Shown: piece by piece, positions 40,593 through 53,433 of the stretch | Position numbering within the stretch: the first letter of the stretch is position 1 | How the letters are laid out: every line of letters begins with the position of its first letter | Assembly (NCBI GenBank): GCA_047602405.1 | Contig: JASGHJ010000002.1 | Span: 1,600,001-1,664,000 of the forward strand | Origin: Anaeromyxobacteraceae bacterium | Lineage (GTDB): Bacteria; Myxococcota; Myxococcia; Myxococcales; Anaeromyxobacteraceae | Direction: 5' to 3' | Length of the DNA: 64,000 nucleotides | Notes under the pieces: generated by a model | The model's input: only the letters and a program-made list of their open reading frames with translations | The model's database searches: none | What the model was told of the DNA's origin: nothing | Position numbers and translations under genes: made by a program

Positions 40593-41450
40593 TCAGTGCC
40601 CGCCGCCACCGCCGGAGGAGCCGCCGGTGGACGAACCGCCGGTCGAGCCGGTGCCGGACGGACCGCTCGTGCCGGTGGAGCCCGTCGAGCCGCTGCCGCT
40701 CGTGCCGGTGCCCGAGGAGCCGCTCGACGAGCCGGAGCCGGTCGAGCCGCTGGACGAGCCGCTGCCGGAGCCGCCGGTCGATCCCGTGCCGTACGAGCCG
40801 CTGCCCGTGGACGAGCCGCTCGAGGAGCCGGTGCCGGTGTCGTAGGTGCCGCTGCCCGTGGACGAGCCCGACGAGCCCGTGGAGCCGGTCGAGCCGGAGC
40901 CCATGCCGCTCGAGGAACCCGTGCCGGTGGAGCCGGCGCTCATGACCTCGATGCGCGACACCTTCACGGTGTCGCCGGAGCCGGAGTAGCTCGCGCGGAT
41001 CTGGTCGCCCTCGCGGATGTCGGAGAGGGTCGCCTGCTGGCCGTCCTTCATCACCCGGACGTCGTCGGAGATCTTGAGCTTCTTGTCGGAGCTCGAGAGC
41101 CGGATCTCGTTGGAGGTGCGGTCGAAGCTCGAGACCGTGCCGGTGAGCTGCTTGTGCTTCGTGGTCGTGGTGGAGTCGGTCGCGGACGAGCCGGTGCCGC
41201 TCTGGCCGCTCGTCGAGCTGCCGGTCCCCATGGTGTCGGTCGAGCTCGAGCCCGTGCCGCTCTGGCCGCTCGTCGTGCCGCTCGTCGTGCCGCTCGACCC
41301 GGTGCTCTGATCACCCGTCGTCGAGCCGGCCGAGCCCGAGCCGGTCGTGCCGCCGGCCGAGCCGCCGGACTGCGCGGTGGCCGGCGTGGCGAGCGCGAGC
41401 AACCCCGCGACGCCGAAGCCCGCCATCGTTCCCCATGCCCATCGATTCAT
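40593..41450 (-). CDS. Secreted Ser/Gly/Thr-rich protein with a small central beta-barrel domain
   Basis: Signal peptide ending ATPATA. Low-complexity flanks surround LTGTVSSFD...LSDIREGDQIRASY. Confidence 0.8.
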   Translation of the reverse strand: MNRWAWGTMAGFGVAGLLALATPATAQSGGSAGGTTGSGSAGSTTGDQSTGSSGTTSGTTSGQSGTGSSSTDTMGTGSSTSGQSGTGSSATDSTTTTKHKQLTGTVSSFDRTSNEIRLSSSDKKLKISDDVRVMKDGQQATLSDIREGDQIRASYSGSGDTVKVSRIEVMSAGSTGTGSSSGMGSGSTGSTGSSGSSTGSGTYDTGTGSSSGSSTGSGSYGTGSTGGSGSGSSSGSTGSGSSSGSSGTGTSGSGSTGSTGTSGPSGTGSTGGSSTGGSSGGGGGH

Positions 41451-41564
41451 GTCCTGTCCCCTTCCTCTTCCCCGTTCCCGGGGCGAAGGCCGACCTCTTC
41501 ATGGGCGGCCCGTTGCTGGTGGAGCCCCAACGTTGGGCATCCGGGTGGGCGGTGTCAGACGGGC

Positions 41565-41594
41565 TTGCTACCTGAACGTGTGAGCAGCTAAGGT
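41565..41594 (+). promoter_or_regulatory. imuA promoter with a myxobacterial LexA-type box in the spacer
   Basis: TTGCTA-N18-TAAGGT. 41571-41587 CCTGAACGTGTGAGCAG matches the reverse complement of CTRHAMRYBYGTTCAGS at 15/17. Confidence 0.7.
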
Positions 41595-41617
41595 TCGCGC
41601 GGGCAGGAAGCGTGGCC

Positions 41618-42385
41618 ATGGAGGCCGCGCGGGTGAAAGCGATGCCGTCCCTCTCCGAAGCTCAGGCCGTGCAGTCCTCGCAGGAAGCCGTGCTGGACCG
41701 GCTGCGCGAGGAGATCCGGCGCATCGAGCGGCGACCCGCCCGCCGGGCCGGAGCCGTGCCGTGCGGCGTCGAGGCGGTCGACGCGGCGCTCGGCGGCGGG
41801 TTCCGGCGCGGCGCGCTGACCGAGCTCTCGGGCGGCCCGGCGAGCGGCAAGACCGCCGCCGCGCTCGCGCTCCTCGCGGCGCTCGGCCCGCGGGACCTCG
41901 CGGCCTGGGTGGACGCCGGCTGGGCCGACGGGCGGGGTGGGCTGTACCCGCCGGCCGCCGCGGCGCTCGGCGTGGATCTCGGGCGGCTGCTCCTCGTGCG
42001 GCCGGGCGCCGGCGCCTCCGCGCGGCGCGGAGCCCCGGGCGGCGGCGGGCCGATGCAGCCGGGCCGGGAGGCGCCCTGGGTCGTCGCCCTCTGGGCGGGC
42101 GAGGCGCTGCTCGCGTCGGGTGCGTTCGCGGCGGTGGTGCTCGACGTGCCGGTGCCCGCCGCGCACGTCCGCGGCGCGGACTCCATGGTCAGGCGGCTCC
42201 AGGCGGCGGTGGAGAAGGGCGGGACAATCGGGATCTGGCTCTCCCGCACGCGGGCGAGCGGCGCGCTCCGGGTGCCGGCGGCGGCGCGCGTGGAGCTGGA
42301 GGCGGCCCCGGAGGCGCCCGCCTCGCGGGCCTCCTCGAGGCCGGTGGCGCCGAAGCCCACGGGGAGGATCCACCGTGTTGCGTGA
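41618..42385 (+). CDS. imuA: ImuA-like RecA-family protein
   Basis: LDRLREEIRRIE, DAALGGG, P-loop GGPASGKT and GVDLGRLLLVRP. First gene of the imuAB-dnaE2 cassette. Confidence 0.85.
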   Translation: MEAARVKAMPSLSEAQAVQSSQEAVLDRLREEIRRIERRPARRAGAVPCGVEAVDAALGGGFRRGALTELSGGPASGKTAAALALLAALGPRDLAAWVDAGWADGRGGLYPPAAAALGVDLGRLLLVRPGAGASARRGAPGGGGPMQPGREAPWVVALWAGEALLASGAFAAVVLDVPVPAAHVRGADSMVRRLQAAVEKGGTIGIWLSRTRASGALRVPAAARVELEAAPEAPASRASSRPVAPKPTGRIHRVA

Positions 42386-44052
42386 GCGCGACCTCGACGC
42401 CGGGAGAGGACGCTCGCCGGCCGGTCCGGCCCGGGTGCTCGCGCTCTGCATCCCGGAGCTCCCGCTCCAGCGGCTGCTCCGGCGGCGCGTGGACGAGGGC
42501 GTCGATCGCCCGGTCGCGATCCTCTCGGAGGGGAGGGTCGTGCACTGCGACGCGGCCGCGCGCGCCGCCGGCGTGCGGCCGGGGCAGACGCCGGCCGAGG
42601 CGCTCTCCGCCTGCGGGCGGCTCGAGGGCGTGCCGCTCGACGCCGCGGCCGACCTCGCGGCGCTCAGGGCGCTCGCCGAGACCGTCCTCCTCCTCGCGCC
42701 GGCGGTGGAGCTCTCCGCGCCGGACGTGCTCCTCCTCGACGCCTCGGCCGCGCACCTGCTCGCGCCCGCGGGCGCCGGCCCGGAGGCCGCGGAGCGGATC
42801 CTCGCCGCCCGGGCGCTCGCCGCCGCGGCGGAGATGGGCTACTCGGCGCGGGCCGCGGTGGCGAGCGGGCGCGCGCCGGCCATGGCGCTCGCCCGGCACG
42901 GCCGCGGGTTCGCGCCGGCCGAGGGACCGCAGGGGAGCCCGGGACGGCCGGGGCGGGGCGGGTGGCTGCGCGTGGCGCCCGGCGACGTCGCCCGGGCGCT
43001 CGCGGGGCTGCCGCTCGAGTCGCTCGGGCTCGGGCCCGCGGTGGTCGGCCGGCTGCGGGCGCTGGGCGTGGCCGACGCGGGGGCGCTCGTGCGGCTGCCG
43101 CAGGGCTCGCTCGCCCACCGGTTCGGCCCGGAGGGCGTGCGGGCCGCGCGGCTCGCACGCGGCGAGGACGGCGGCCCGCTCGTGCCGTACGCGCCGGAGA
43201 CGCTGCCGGAGGAGGGGCTCGAGCTCGAGGGCCCCGCCGAGAGCGCCGAGCCGCTGCTCTTCGGGCTGAAGCGGCTCGCCGACCGGGTGGCGGCGCGGCT
43301 CGCCGGCCGCGGCCTCGGCGCGACGCGCCTGCGGGTCACGCTGAAGCTCGACCCGCGCGGCGAGGAGCGGCTCCTCGTGCCGCTCGCGCAGCCGAGCGCC
43401 TCGGCCGCGCGCTGGCTCGCGCCGGTGAAGGAGCTCGTCTTCTCGCTCCGGCTCCCCGGCGCGGTGGTGGCGCTCCGGCTGGCCGCGCTCGAGGTGGCCG
43501 CGCTGCCCGCCGAGCAGCTCGCCTTCGGCGATCGGCCCGAGGCGCTCCAGGCGCTCGAGATCGTGCTCGCGCGCCTGGCGACGCGGCTCGGCGACGGCGC
43601 GCTCTTCGCCGCGGAGCCGGTGGAGCGCTACCGGCCGGAGGGGGCGTACCGGCCGGTCCCGTTCAGATCCACGGAGCGCCGCCAGGGCGAGGCGCGCCGA
43701 GCGCCCCGGGAACGAGGCAAGGCTCGAGGAGCCAGCGAGCCCGCGCCCGAGCCCGGACCGCCCCCGCCGCGGCCGACCCGGCTGCTCTCGCCGCCGGTGC
43801 ACGTCGTCGCGGAGGGCGAGGGCGGGCGGCTCACGGCGCTGCGCCTGCCGTTCTCGTTCGACGGAGGCGGGGCGGAGCGGGCCGTGCTCGACCTCTCCGG
43901 CCCGGAGCGGCTCCAGGGCGAGTGGTGGGGTGGGGAGGGCGCGCCCTTCGAATCGCGACTACTTCCGGATCCGCCTCGAGGGGCTGGGGGACTGCTGGGT
44001 GTACCGGGACGGGGTGGACGGGCGGCTGTGGCTGCACGGGTTCTTCGACTGA
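42375..44052 (+). CDS. imuB: ImuB (inactive Y-family polymerase), apparent +1 frameshift at 43950-43954
   Basis: AARAAGVRPGQ, RPTRLL and GPERLQGEWW. The C-terminal RDYFR...WLHGFFD is restored by GAATC->GATC. Confidence 0.88.
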
Positions 44053-44076
44053 GGGAAGCGTCTTCGAGGGAGAGCG

Positions 44077-47000
44077 ATGCCGCGCTACGCCGAGCTCCGC
44101 TGGCAGGTCCTGCTTCTCCTTCCTCGAGGGGGCGAGCCAGCCCGAGGAGCTCGTCGCCCGCGCCCACGACCTCGGGCTCTCGGCGCTCGCGCTCACCGAC
44201 GTGAACGGCCTCTACGGCGCCGTGCGGGCCCACGCCGAGGCGAAGCGGCGCGGGCTGCCGATGCTCGTCGGGGCCGAGCTCATGGTGGAGGGCCTCGTCT
44301 CGGGCCGCAAGGCGCCGGTGGTCCTCCTCGCGATGGACCGCGAGGGCTACGCGAACCTCTGCCGGCTCGCGACCGCCGCGCACGGGGGTGATCCGGTCGG
44401 GCAAGCGGGGCCGCGGCGCGAGAAGGCCGACGTGGCCGTCCCGCTCGCGCTCCTCGCCGGGCGCACGCAGGGGCTCTTCGCGCTCTACCCGGGCGCCGAC
44501 GGCGACGCGGCCGCGCGCCTCGAGAACGCCTTCGGGCGCCACCGGCTCGCGCTCGCGGTGACCCGCCACCGGATCGCCGGCGAGGAGGCGAAGGTCGCCG
44601 CGGCGCGGGCGGTGGCGGGCCGGCTCGGCGTGCGGGTGGCGGTCGTGAACGACGTGCACACCCACGACCGGCGCCGCCAGCCGCTGCAGGACGTCCTCAC
44701 CTGCATCCGCCACGGCACCACCGTGGACCGGGCGGGCCGCCGGCTCTTCCCGAACGCCGAGCGCACGCTCAAGGGGCCCGAGGAGATGGCGCGGCTCTGG
44801 GCAGACTTCCCGGAGGGGCTCGAGGCCGCCGCCGAGATCGCGGACGCCTGCGCCTTCCGGCTCGCCGAGATCCGGGGCGAGCACCCGCTGCCGCCGGTGG
44901 TGGTCGATCCCGCCACGCTCGCCGGCGGCGCCGCGGTCTCGCTCTCGAGCCCGGGGCAGGCGGACCGGGAGGTCGGCGCGGTGCCGTCGCCGCGGCTCAG
45001 GACCTCGGCGGGGCTCCCGGTCCGTCCCTCGTCTCCGCCGTGGCCTGAGGCCACGGCGACGCTCGGGACGAGCGGATCCACGGAGAGCCTGGGGCCCGGG
45101 GCGGACCGTCCCGGGGTGGGCCCGCTGCCCGAGACCGTGGCCGACGGGGAGGGCGGCGGGCTGGGCGGCATGGCGCTCCTGCGCGAGCTCGTCCGCGAGG
45201 GCGCGCGCTGGCGCTACGGCGGCGAGCCGCCCGACGACGTCGCCCGGCAGCTCGCGAAGGAGCTCGCGCTCGTCGAGGAGCTCCGCTACGCGAGCTACTT
45301 CCTCACCGTCTGGGACATCGTCCGCTTCGCGCGCTCGCGCGGGATCCTCTGCCAGGGGCGCGGCAGCGCCGCCAACTCGGCGGTCTGCTACGTGCTCGGC
45401 ATCACCTCCATCGACCCGGTGCGGATGGGGCTCCTCTTCGAGCGGTTCCTCTCCGCCGAGCGCGGCGAGCCGCCCGACATCGACGTCGACTTCGAGCACG
45501 AGCGGCGCGAGGAGGTCATCCAGTACGTCTACGAGCGCTATGGCCGCGACCGCGCCGGGATGGTCTGCGAGGTCATCACCTACCGCGGGAAGTCGGCGCT
45601 CCGCGACGTGGGGAAGGCGCTGGGGCTCTCGCTCGGCCAGGTCGACCGGCTCGCGAAGCTCGTGGGCGCCTACGAGGACCTCACGGCGGTCGGGCCGGAG
45701 CTTCTCGCCCACGCCGGGCTCGACGGCGCCGACTCGGAGCGGGTCCGGCTCACGCTCTCGCTCGCGAAGGAGATCCAGGGCTTCCCACGGCACCTCTCCA
45801 TCCACGTGGGCGGCTTCGTCATCACCCGCCGCCCGCTCTCGGAGACCGTGCCCATCGAGCCCGCCTCCATGCCGGGCCGGACCATCGTCCAGTGGGACAA
45901 GGACGATCTCGCCGAGCTCGACCTCCTCAAGGTCGACCTCCTCGCCCTCGGCATGCTCACGGCCCTCTCCCGTGGGCTCGCGGCGCTCGCCGCGCAGCGG
46001 CCCGCGCCGGCGCTCGAGACGGCGCGGCCGCACCCGGACTCGCTCGCCACCATCCCGGCGGAGGACCCGGCGGTCTACGAGATGCTGTCCCGGGCCGACT
46101 CGATCGGCGTGTTCCAGGTGGAGTCGCGCGCGCAGATGGGGCTCGCCCCGCGCATGAAGCCGCGCTGCTTCTACGACCTCGTCATCTCGGTCGCGATCAT
46201 CCGGCCCGGGCCGATCCAGGGCGGCATGGTCCACCCGTACCTGCGCCGCCGCGACGGGCTCGAGGAGGTCCACTACCCGTACCCGCCGCTCGAGCCGGTG
46301 CTCGCGCGCACGCTCGGGGTGCCGCTCTTCCAGGAGCAGGCGATGCGGCTCGCGGTGGTCGCGGCCGGCTTCACGCCCGGCGAGGCCGACGAGCTGCGCC
46401 GGGTGATGACCCACCGCCGCTCGCACGAGAAGCTCATGGCCATCAAGGAGCGGGTGGTCTCGGGCATGGCCGCCCGGGGCATCGCAGCCGGCGACGCCGA
46501 GCAGATCCACCACCAGCTCCTCGGCTTCGCCGGCTACGGCTTCCCGGAGTCGCACGCCGCGTCCTTCGCGCTGCTCGTCTACGCCTCGGCCTGGCTGCGC
46601 CGGTACCACCCCGCCGTCTTCACCTGCGCGCTCGTGAACAGCCAGCCCATGGGCTTCTACGCGCCGCACACGCTCGTCGAGGACGCGAAGCGCCACGGCG
46701 TCGAGGTGCGCCCGGTGGACGTCACCGCGAGCGCCTGGGAGTCGACGCTGGAGGGGAAGGTGGCCGGCCGGCCCTCCGAGCCCGGCGAGTCCCCGGCCAT
46801 CCGGATTGGCCTCTCCGCCATCCGCGGCCTGCCGCGCGCGGTGGGCGACGCGATCGTGGCCGCCCGCAGGGAGGCGCCGTTCGAGGGGCTCGGCGACCTC
46901 GCGCGCCGGGCCGGGCTCTCGAAGGCCTGGCTCGTCCGGCTCGCCGAGGCGGGCGCGCTCGGGGCCCTCGCCCCCGATCGCCGCGCCGCGCTCTGGCGCG

Positions 47001-47564
47001 CGCTGGCGTTGCCGGGGACCGGACCGCGCCTCCGCACCCGCGCCACGGAGGCCACGCCCGGGGGCGACGGCCTCCGGCCCGGCGGAGATCGGCGACCTCT
47101 TCGCCGGCGTCGCGCCGGAGGAGCCCGACGCCGAGCTCCCCGCCGCGACCGCCTCCGAGGAGGTCTCCGCCGACTTCGCGACGACCGGCCTCTCGGTGAA
47201 GGGGCACCCCATGGCGATGATGCGCGGCGCGCTCGGCGGCGGGCGGGTCCGCACCGCCCGCGAGCTCTCCCGGCTGCCGGACAAGAGCCCGGTCGAGATC
47301 GCCGGCCTCGTCATCGTCCGCCAGCGCCCGGAGACCGCGCACGGCATCGTCTTCGTGAGCCTCGAGGACGAGACCGGCATCGCGAACCTCGTGGTGATGC
47401 CCGACGTCTACGAGAAGTTCCGCCCGGTGGTCCGCCAGGCCCCGTTCCTGGTCGCCCGCGGCCAGGTGGAGCGCACCGGCGCGGTGGTGAACGTGAAGGT
47501 GGACTCGGTGTCCCCGCTGGCGCTCGCGCCGCCGGTCGGCGAGCGGGCGCGGAACTTCCATTGA
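44077..47564 (+). CDS. dnaE2: Error-prone DNA polymerase DnaE2/ImuC, apparent +1 frameshifts near 44100-44106 and about 47010-47090
   Basis: YAEL..SCFSFLEGAS, GRGSAANS, PPDIDVDFEH and YGFPESHAASF motifs. C-terminal ARNFH signature. Confidence 0.93.
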
Positions 47565-47571
47565 GGGGGAG

Positions 47572-48115
47572 CTACCCGGCGTCCGCGGCGGGCTCCGCGA
47601 CCGGGTGGACGAGCGTGATGCGCATCGGTAGCCCTGCGCCGGCGAGGTCGTCGAGCACGCCCTGCGCCGTCTGCTCGTCGGGGACTGCGAGGTAGGCGCT
47701 CCCGGGCTTGCCGTCGGCCGTCGGTCCGCGGCCTCCCTCGACGACGATGTCCCGCTGCTCCGCGGCGCGATCGAGCGCCGCGAAGGCTGACTGTGCGTCG
47801 CCCCGGGGGTCGACGAGCGCGTAGTGGAGGATCATCAACCACCGGCGGCTGTCCTCCATGAGCTGGGCGCAGATCTCGTCGTACTCGAGCCCGCCGAGAT
47901 CGACGGCGAGGCGCCCGTCCTCGTCGGGGCGCACGAGGAAGACGTCCTCGTAGGTGGGCTTCGCGTGCAGGAAGGGGACGTTCGCGAGCTTCACGAAGCG
48001 GGCGCCGGGCGCCGTCGTGGACGGACCGAGGTCCTCGGCCCACGGGGTCTCGACGTACTCGCCGTGCTCGTGGAGCACGATCTCTGATCAGCTTCCGACG
48101 GTCGGCGCGCCACAT
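47572..48115 (-). CDS. DUF4265-like hypothetical protein, apparent +1 frameshift near 48079-48090
   Basis: VETPWAEDLG...LANVPF...TYEDV pattern. ATG 48115 is one base out of frame across tandem GATC sites. Confidence 0.55.
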
Positions 48116-48192
48116 GAGCGGAGCGTACGCCCGGGCTCTGTCACGCGCAGTGGGAGGAGGCCCGCGACGAGCCGGCCAGGTAAGATGAGTCA

Positions 48193-48651
48193 ATGTCCGA
48201 CCACCGTTGGCCTCCGGGCCGGGTTCTCCTCGCCGTGGTTGCGGTCGTCACCTGTTCAGCCGCCTTCGGCTGCGCCCACGGCCCGGGCGCCTACGAGGAC
48301 GAGGCCGGGAACTGGCAGCGCGCGTTCCAGACCGACCAGCCGGCGGGGATCCAGGTGCTCCGCTCGCGCGTGGTGCGCCTCGGCTCGGGCGGCACGCTCG
48401 GCTGGTTCTTCCTGCGCGCGACGCCGGCGCGCGAGGCCGAGCTCTTCCGGAACGACCTCGAGCCGGTGCCGGACGCGGAGGCGAAGGTCGTGCGGGCCGA
48501 CGCCCGCGGCGGGCCTGCGTGGTTCGCGCCCAGCGCGGTCTCGAGCTACGCGGTCTGGCGGACGGCGGCCGGGAAGGAGTTCCTGCCGGTGATCCTGATC
48601 TTCAAGGACCGGGACACCGGCGCGCTGTACGTGCACATCCACCCGCGGTGA
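48193..48651 (+). CDS. Hypothetical lipoprotein
   Basis: Hydrophobic signal ending AFGC; typical codon usage. Confidence 0.6.
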   Translation: MSDHRWPPGRVLLAVVAVVTCSAAFGCAHGPGAYEDEAGNWQRAFQTDQPAGIQVLRSRVVRLGSGGTLGWFFLRATPAREAELFRNDLEPVPDAEAKVVRADARGGPAWFAPSAVSSYAVWRTAAGKEFLPVILIFKDRDTGALYVHIHPR

Positions 48652-48765
48652 GGGGGCCGTGGTCGGGACATCACCCGCCTCCTCGTTCGCGGAGTCCTGC
48701 GGGGCGGCGGTCAATGACAACCTGTCAAAGCCAAGAAACACCGTGGGTTACACGAGATAATTCGC

Positions 48766-48785
48766 TGGTTCAACCGGTTGAACCA
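48766..48785. repeat. Perfect 20-bp palindrome TGGTTCAACCGGTTGAACCA
   Basis: Read directly from the sequence; lies in an AT-rich islet between convergent genes. Confidence 0.85.
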
Positions 48786-48795
48786 AGAAAAATGA

Positions 48796-49314
48796 CTACG
48801 GCAGGCCCGTGAGCTCCTTCACGTACTCGTGAAGCACGGTCTCGCGCTCGCCGAGCTTCCGGGGCGGGAAGACCTTGTCGTCCGTGAAGCCGACCGCCTC
48901 CCAGAACCGCCGGCCGCGCACGTTCTGGTCGGTCGCGGCGAGGCGGAGCGAGTCGAAGCCCTCGGCGGCGAGCGCGACCTCGAGCGCCGCGAGGACCTCC
49001 TTGCCGAGGCCCTGGCCACGCGCCTCGGGCGCCAGCACGAAGTTGCCGAGGTAGGCCTCGCGGGCGCGGCGGAAGTCGCGCAGCACCTCGACGTGGCCGA
49101 AGGTGGCGCCGTCTCGCAGGAGCAGGAGGAAGACCTTGTCGGCGGGCGTCTTCCCGGGCGGGCCGTCCAGGAGCGCCTGGGCGGCCTCGTCGGGCCGGGG
49201 AGGGCGGCCGAACTCCTGCTCGAAGAATCCGGCGCAGCGCTCGAAGAGCGCCTGCAGCTCGGGGAGGCGATCGCGCGCGTCGACGGAGGTCCAGCCTGGG
49301 CCACAGAGGTGCAC
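48796..49314 (-). CDS. GNAT family N-acetyltransferase (start approximate)
   Basis: VLAPEARGQGLGK acetyl-CoA motif and NVRGRRFWEAVGF. Confidence 0.85.
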   Translation of the reverse strand: MHLCGPGWTSVDARDRLPELQALFERCAGFFEQEFGRPPRPDEAAQALLDGPPGKTPADKVFLLLLRDGATFGHVEVLRDFRRAREAYLGNFVLAPEARGQGLGKEVLAALEVALAAEGFDSLRLAATDQNVRGRRFWEAVGFTDDKVFPPRKLGERETVLHEYVKELTGLP

Positions 49315-49421
49315 GGCGGGAAGGTAGCAGAGCGCGGAGCGCGTGGGCGCCGCGCAGCGGCGGGCCCCGGCGGCGTGCTTCTTCGAGTGGGTGGCGCGGC
49401 GGGGTACGCTGGCCGGCACGC

Positions 49422-50183
49422 ATGCGGCTCCCGGACCTCGCGCTCCTCGCGCCACTCCCCGCCATCGCCGTGGGCGCAGCCATCGCCTCGCGTCACGGCG
49501 TCGCTCCGGCGGCGTTCCTGCCGGGGCTCCTCGCGGTCGTGCCGGGCGCGGCGCTCGCCTGGGCCGCGGCGTGGAGCCGGGAGCTCCCGCGGTGGGCCTC
49601 CTCTGCGGCGCTCGTCCTCGTCGCGGCGACGCTCCTCGCGCCCGGCGTGGAGGGCGTGCACCGGTGGCTCCCGCTCGGGCCGGTCCGCCTGAACGCCTCG
49701 GCCGCGCTCGCGCCGTGGCTCCTCGCGGCCGCCCTGGCCGAGCCGGGCCTGCGAACGCTGGCGGCGCTGGTCCTCGCCCAGCTCGTCCACCTCGCGCAGC
49801 CGGACGCCGCCCAGGCGACGGCGCTCGCCGTGGGGGCGCTCCCGATCGTCCTCTCCGGCCGCACGGCCCTCGGCGCAGCGGCGGCGACCCTCCTGACCGG
49901 CCTCGCCGCCGGCGCGTGGCTCCGGGACGACCCGCTCCAGCCCGTGGCACACGTGGAGGGGATCCTGGACCTCGCCTGGCAGGCCGGGCCGGCGTGGCTC
50001 GGCGCGGCGCTCCTCGCGCTCGCGCTGGCCTTCCTCCCGCTCGCACGCCGCCCGGCCGCACTCGGCTACCTCGCCGCGGCGACCCTCTGCACGTTCGGCG
50101 GCGCCTTCCCGGTCCCGCTCCTCGGCGCGGGCGCCGCACACGTCCTCGGCTGGTATGGGCTCCTCGCGCTGGCCCGCCGCTGA
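49422..50183 (+). CDS. Integral membrane protein, short FtsW/RodA (SEDS)-like
   Basis: Multiple TM helices. GVHRWLPLGP and QPDAAQA resemble SEDS motifs. Confidence 0.6.
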   Translation: MRLPDLALLAPLPAIAVGAAIASRHGVAPAAFLPGLLAVVPGAALAWAAAWSRELPRWASSAALVLVAATLLAPGVEGVHRWLPLGPVRLNASAALAPWLLAAALAEPGLRTLAALVLAQLVHLAQPDAAQATALAVGALPIVLSGRTALGAAAATLLTGLAAGAWLRDDPLQPVAHVEGILDLAWQAGPAWLGAALLALALAFLPLARRPAALGYLAAATLCTFGGAFPVPLLGAGAAHVLGWYGLLALARR

Positions 50184-50189
50184 AGAGAA

Positions 50190-50220
50190 GACGCCCGGGG
50201 CCTCTCGGCGCCCGGGCGTC
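50190..50220. terminator. Hairpin between convergent genes
   Basis: GACGCCCGGG...CCCGGGCGTC. Confidence 0.55.
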
Positions 50221-50275
50221 ATGACCTCTCGGTCTCTTCACACCCTGGGCGCGCGCGGAGCGCGCGCCAGGGGCA

Positions 50276-53088
<2,813 letters not shown>

Positions 53089-53251
53089 CGCGTGCTTCCT
53101 TTCCCCGCGGCGCCCCCTGGGCCGACCGCGGGCAAACGACTGCCCCTTCGGCCGCGGGCGGTTGGCCCACGGTCGTTCAAGAAAAGAGATGACACTCCGG
53201 CCGGCCCGCGTTCGATGAGCCGGAGGATCTAGCTACTGGTTCGGTCTGACA

Positions 53252-53323
53252 GTGCTGCAGGCAGCGGAGCTGGAGGCTCCGCTGCGGGTGCTGCTGGCAG
53301 CGGAGCAGAACGCTCCGCTGGGT
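53252..53323. repeat. Two tandem 36-nt units, each forming a CAGCGGAGC/GCTCCGCTG hairpin
   Basis: Units at 53252-53287 and 53288-53323 differ mainly in the loop. Confidence 0.85.
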
Positions 53324-53398
53324 CCTCTGCGCGCTTCGCCGTCCCGCCCGTCCATCCCGCCGCCCTCCTGCGAAAAGCGCCAGAAGGCGCAATCGCGG

Positions 53399-53426
53399 AC
53401 ATTATCGAATCGGAAAAGCATGTCAA
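53399..53426 (-). promoter_or_regulatory. Putative nrdJ promoter
   Basis: Minus strand TTGACA-N16-TAATGT. Confidence 0.45.
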
Positions 53427-53433
53427 GGCATGA

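Noticed and set aside
40593..41350. Non-coding tandem repeat array
   Set aside because: The repeats are explained by Ser/Gly/Thr codons of a secreted protein.
44885..45170. Intein in DnaE2 (nrdJ also inspected)
   Set aside because: No N-terminal Cys/Ser block, no His-Asn C-terminus and no endonuclease motifs.
53252..53323. 36-nt repeats as a CRISPR mini-array
   Set aside because: Only two adjacent units, with no spacers and no cas genes in the window.
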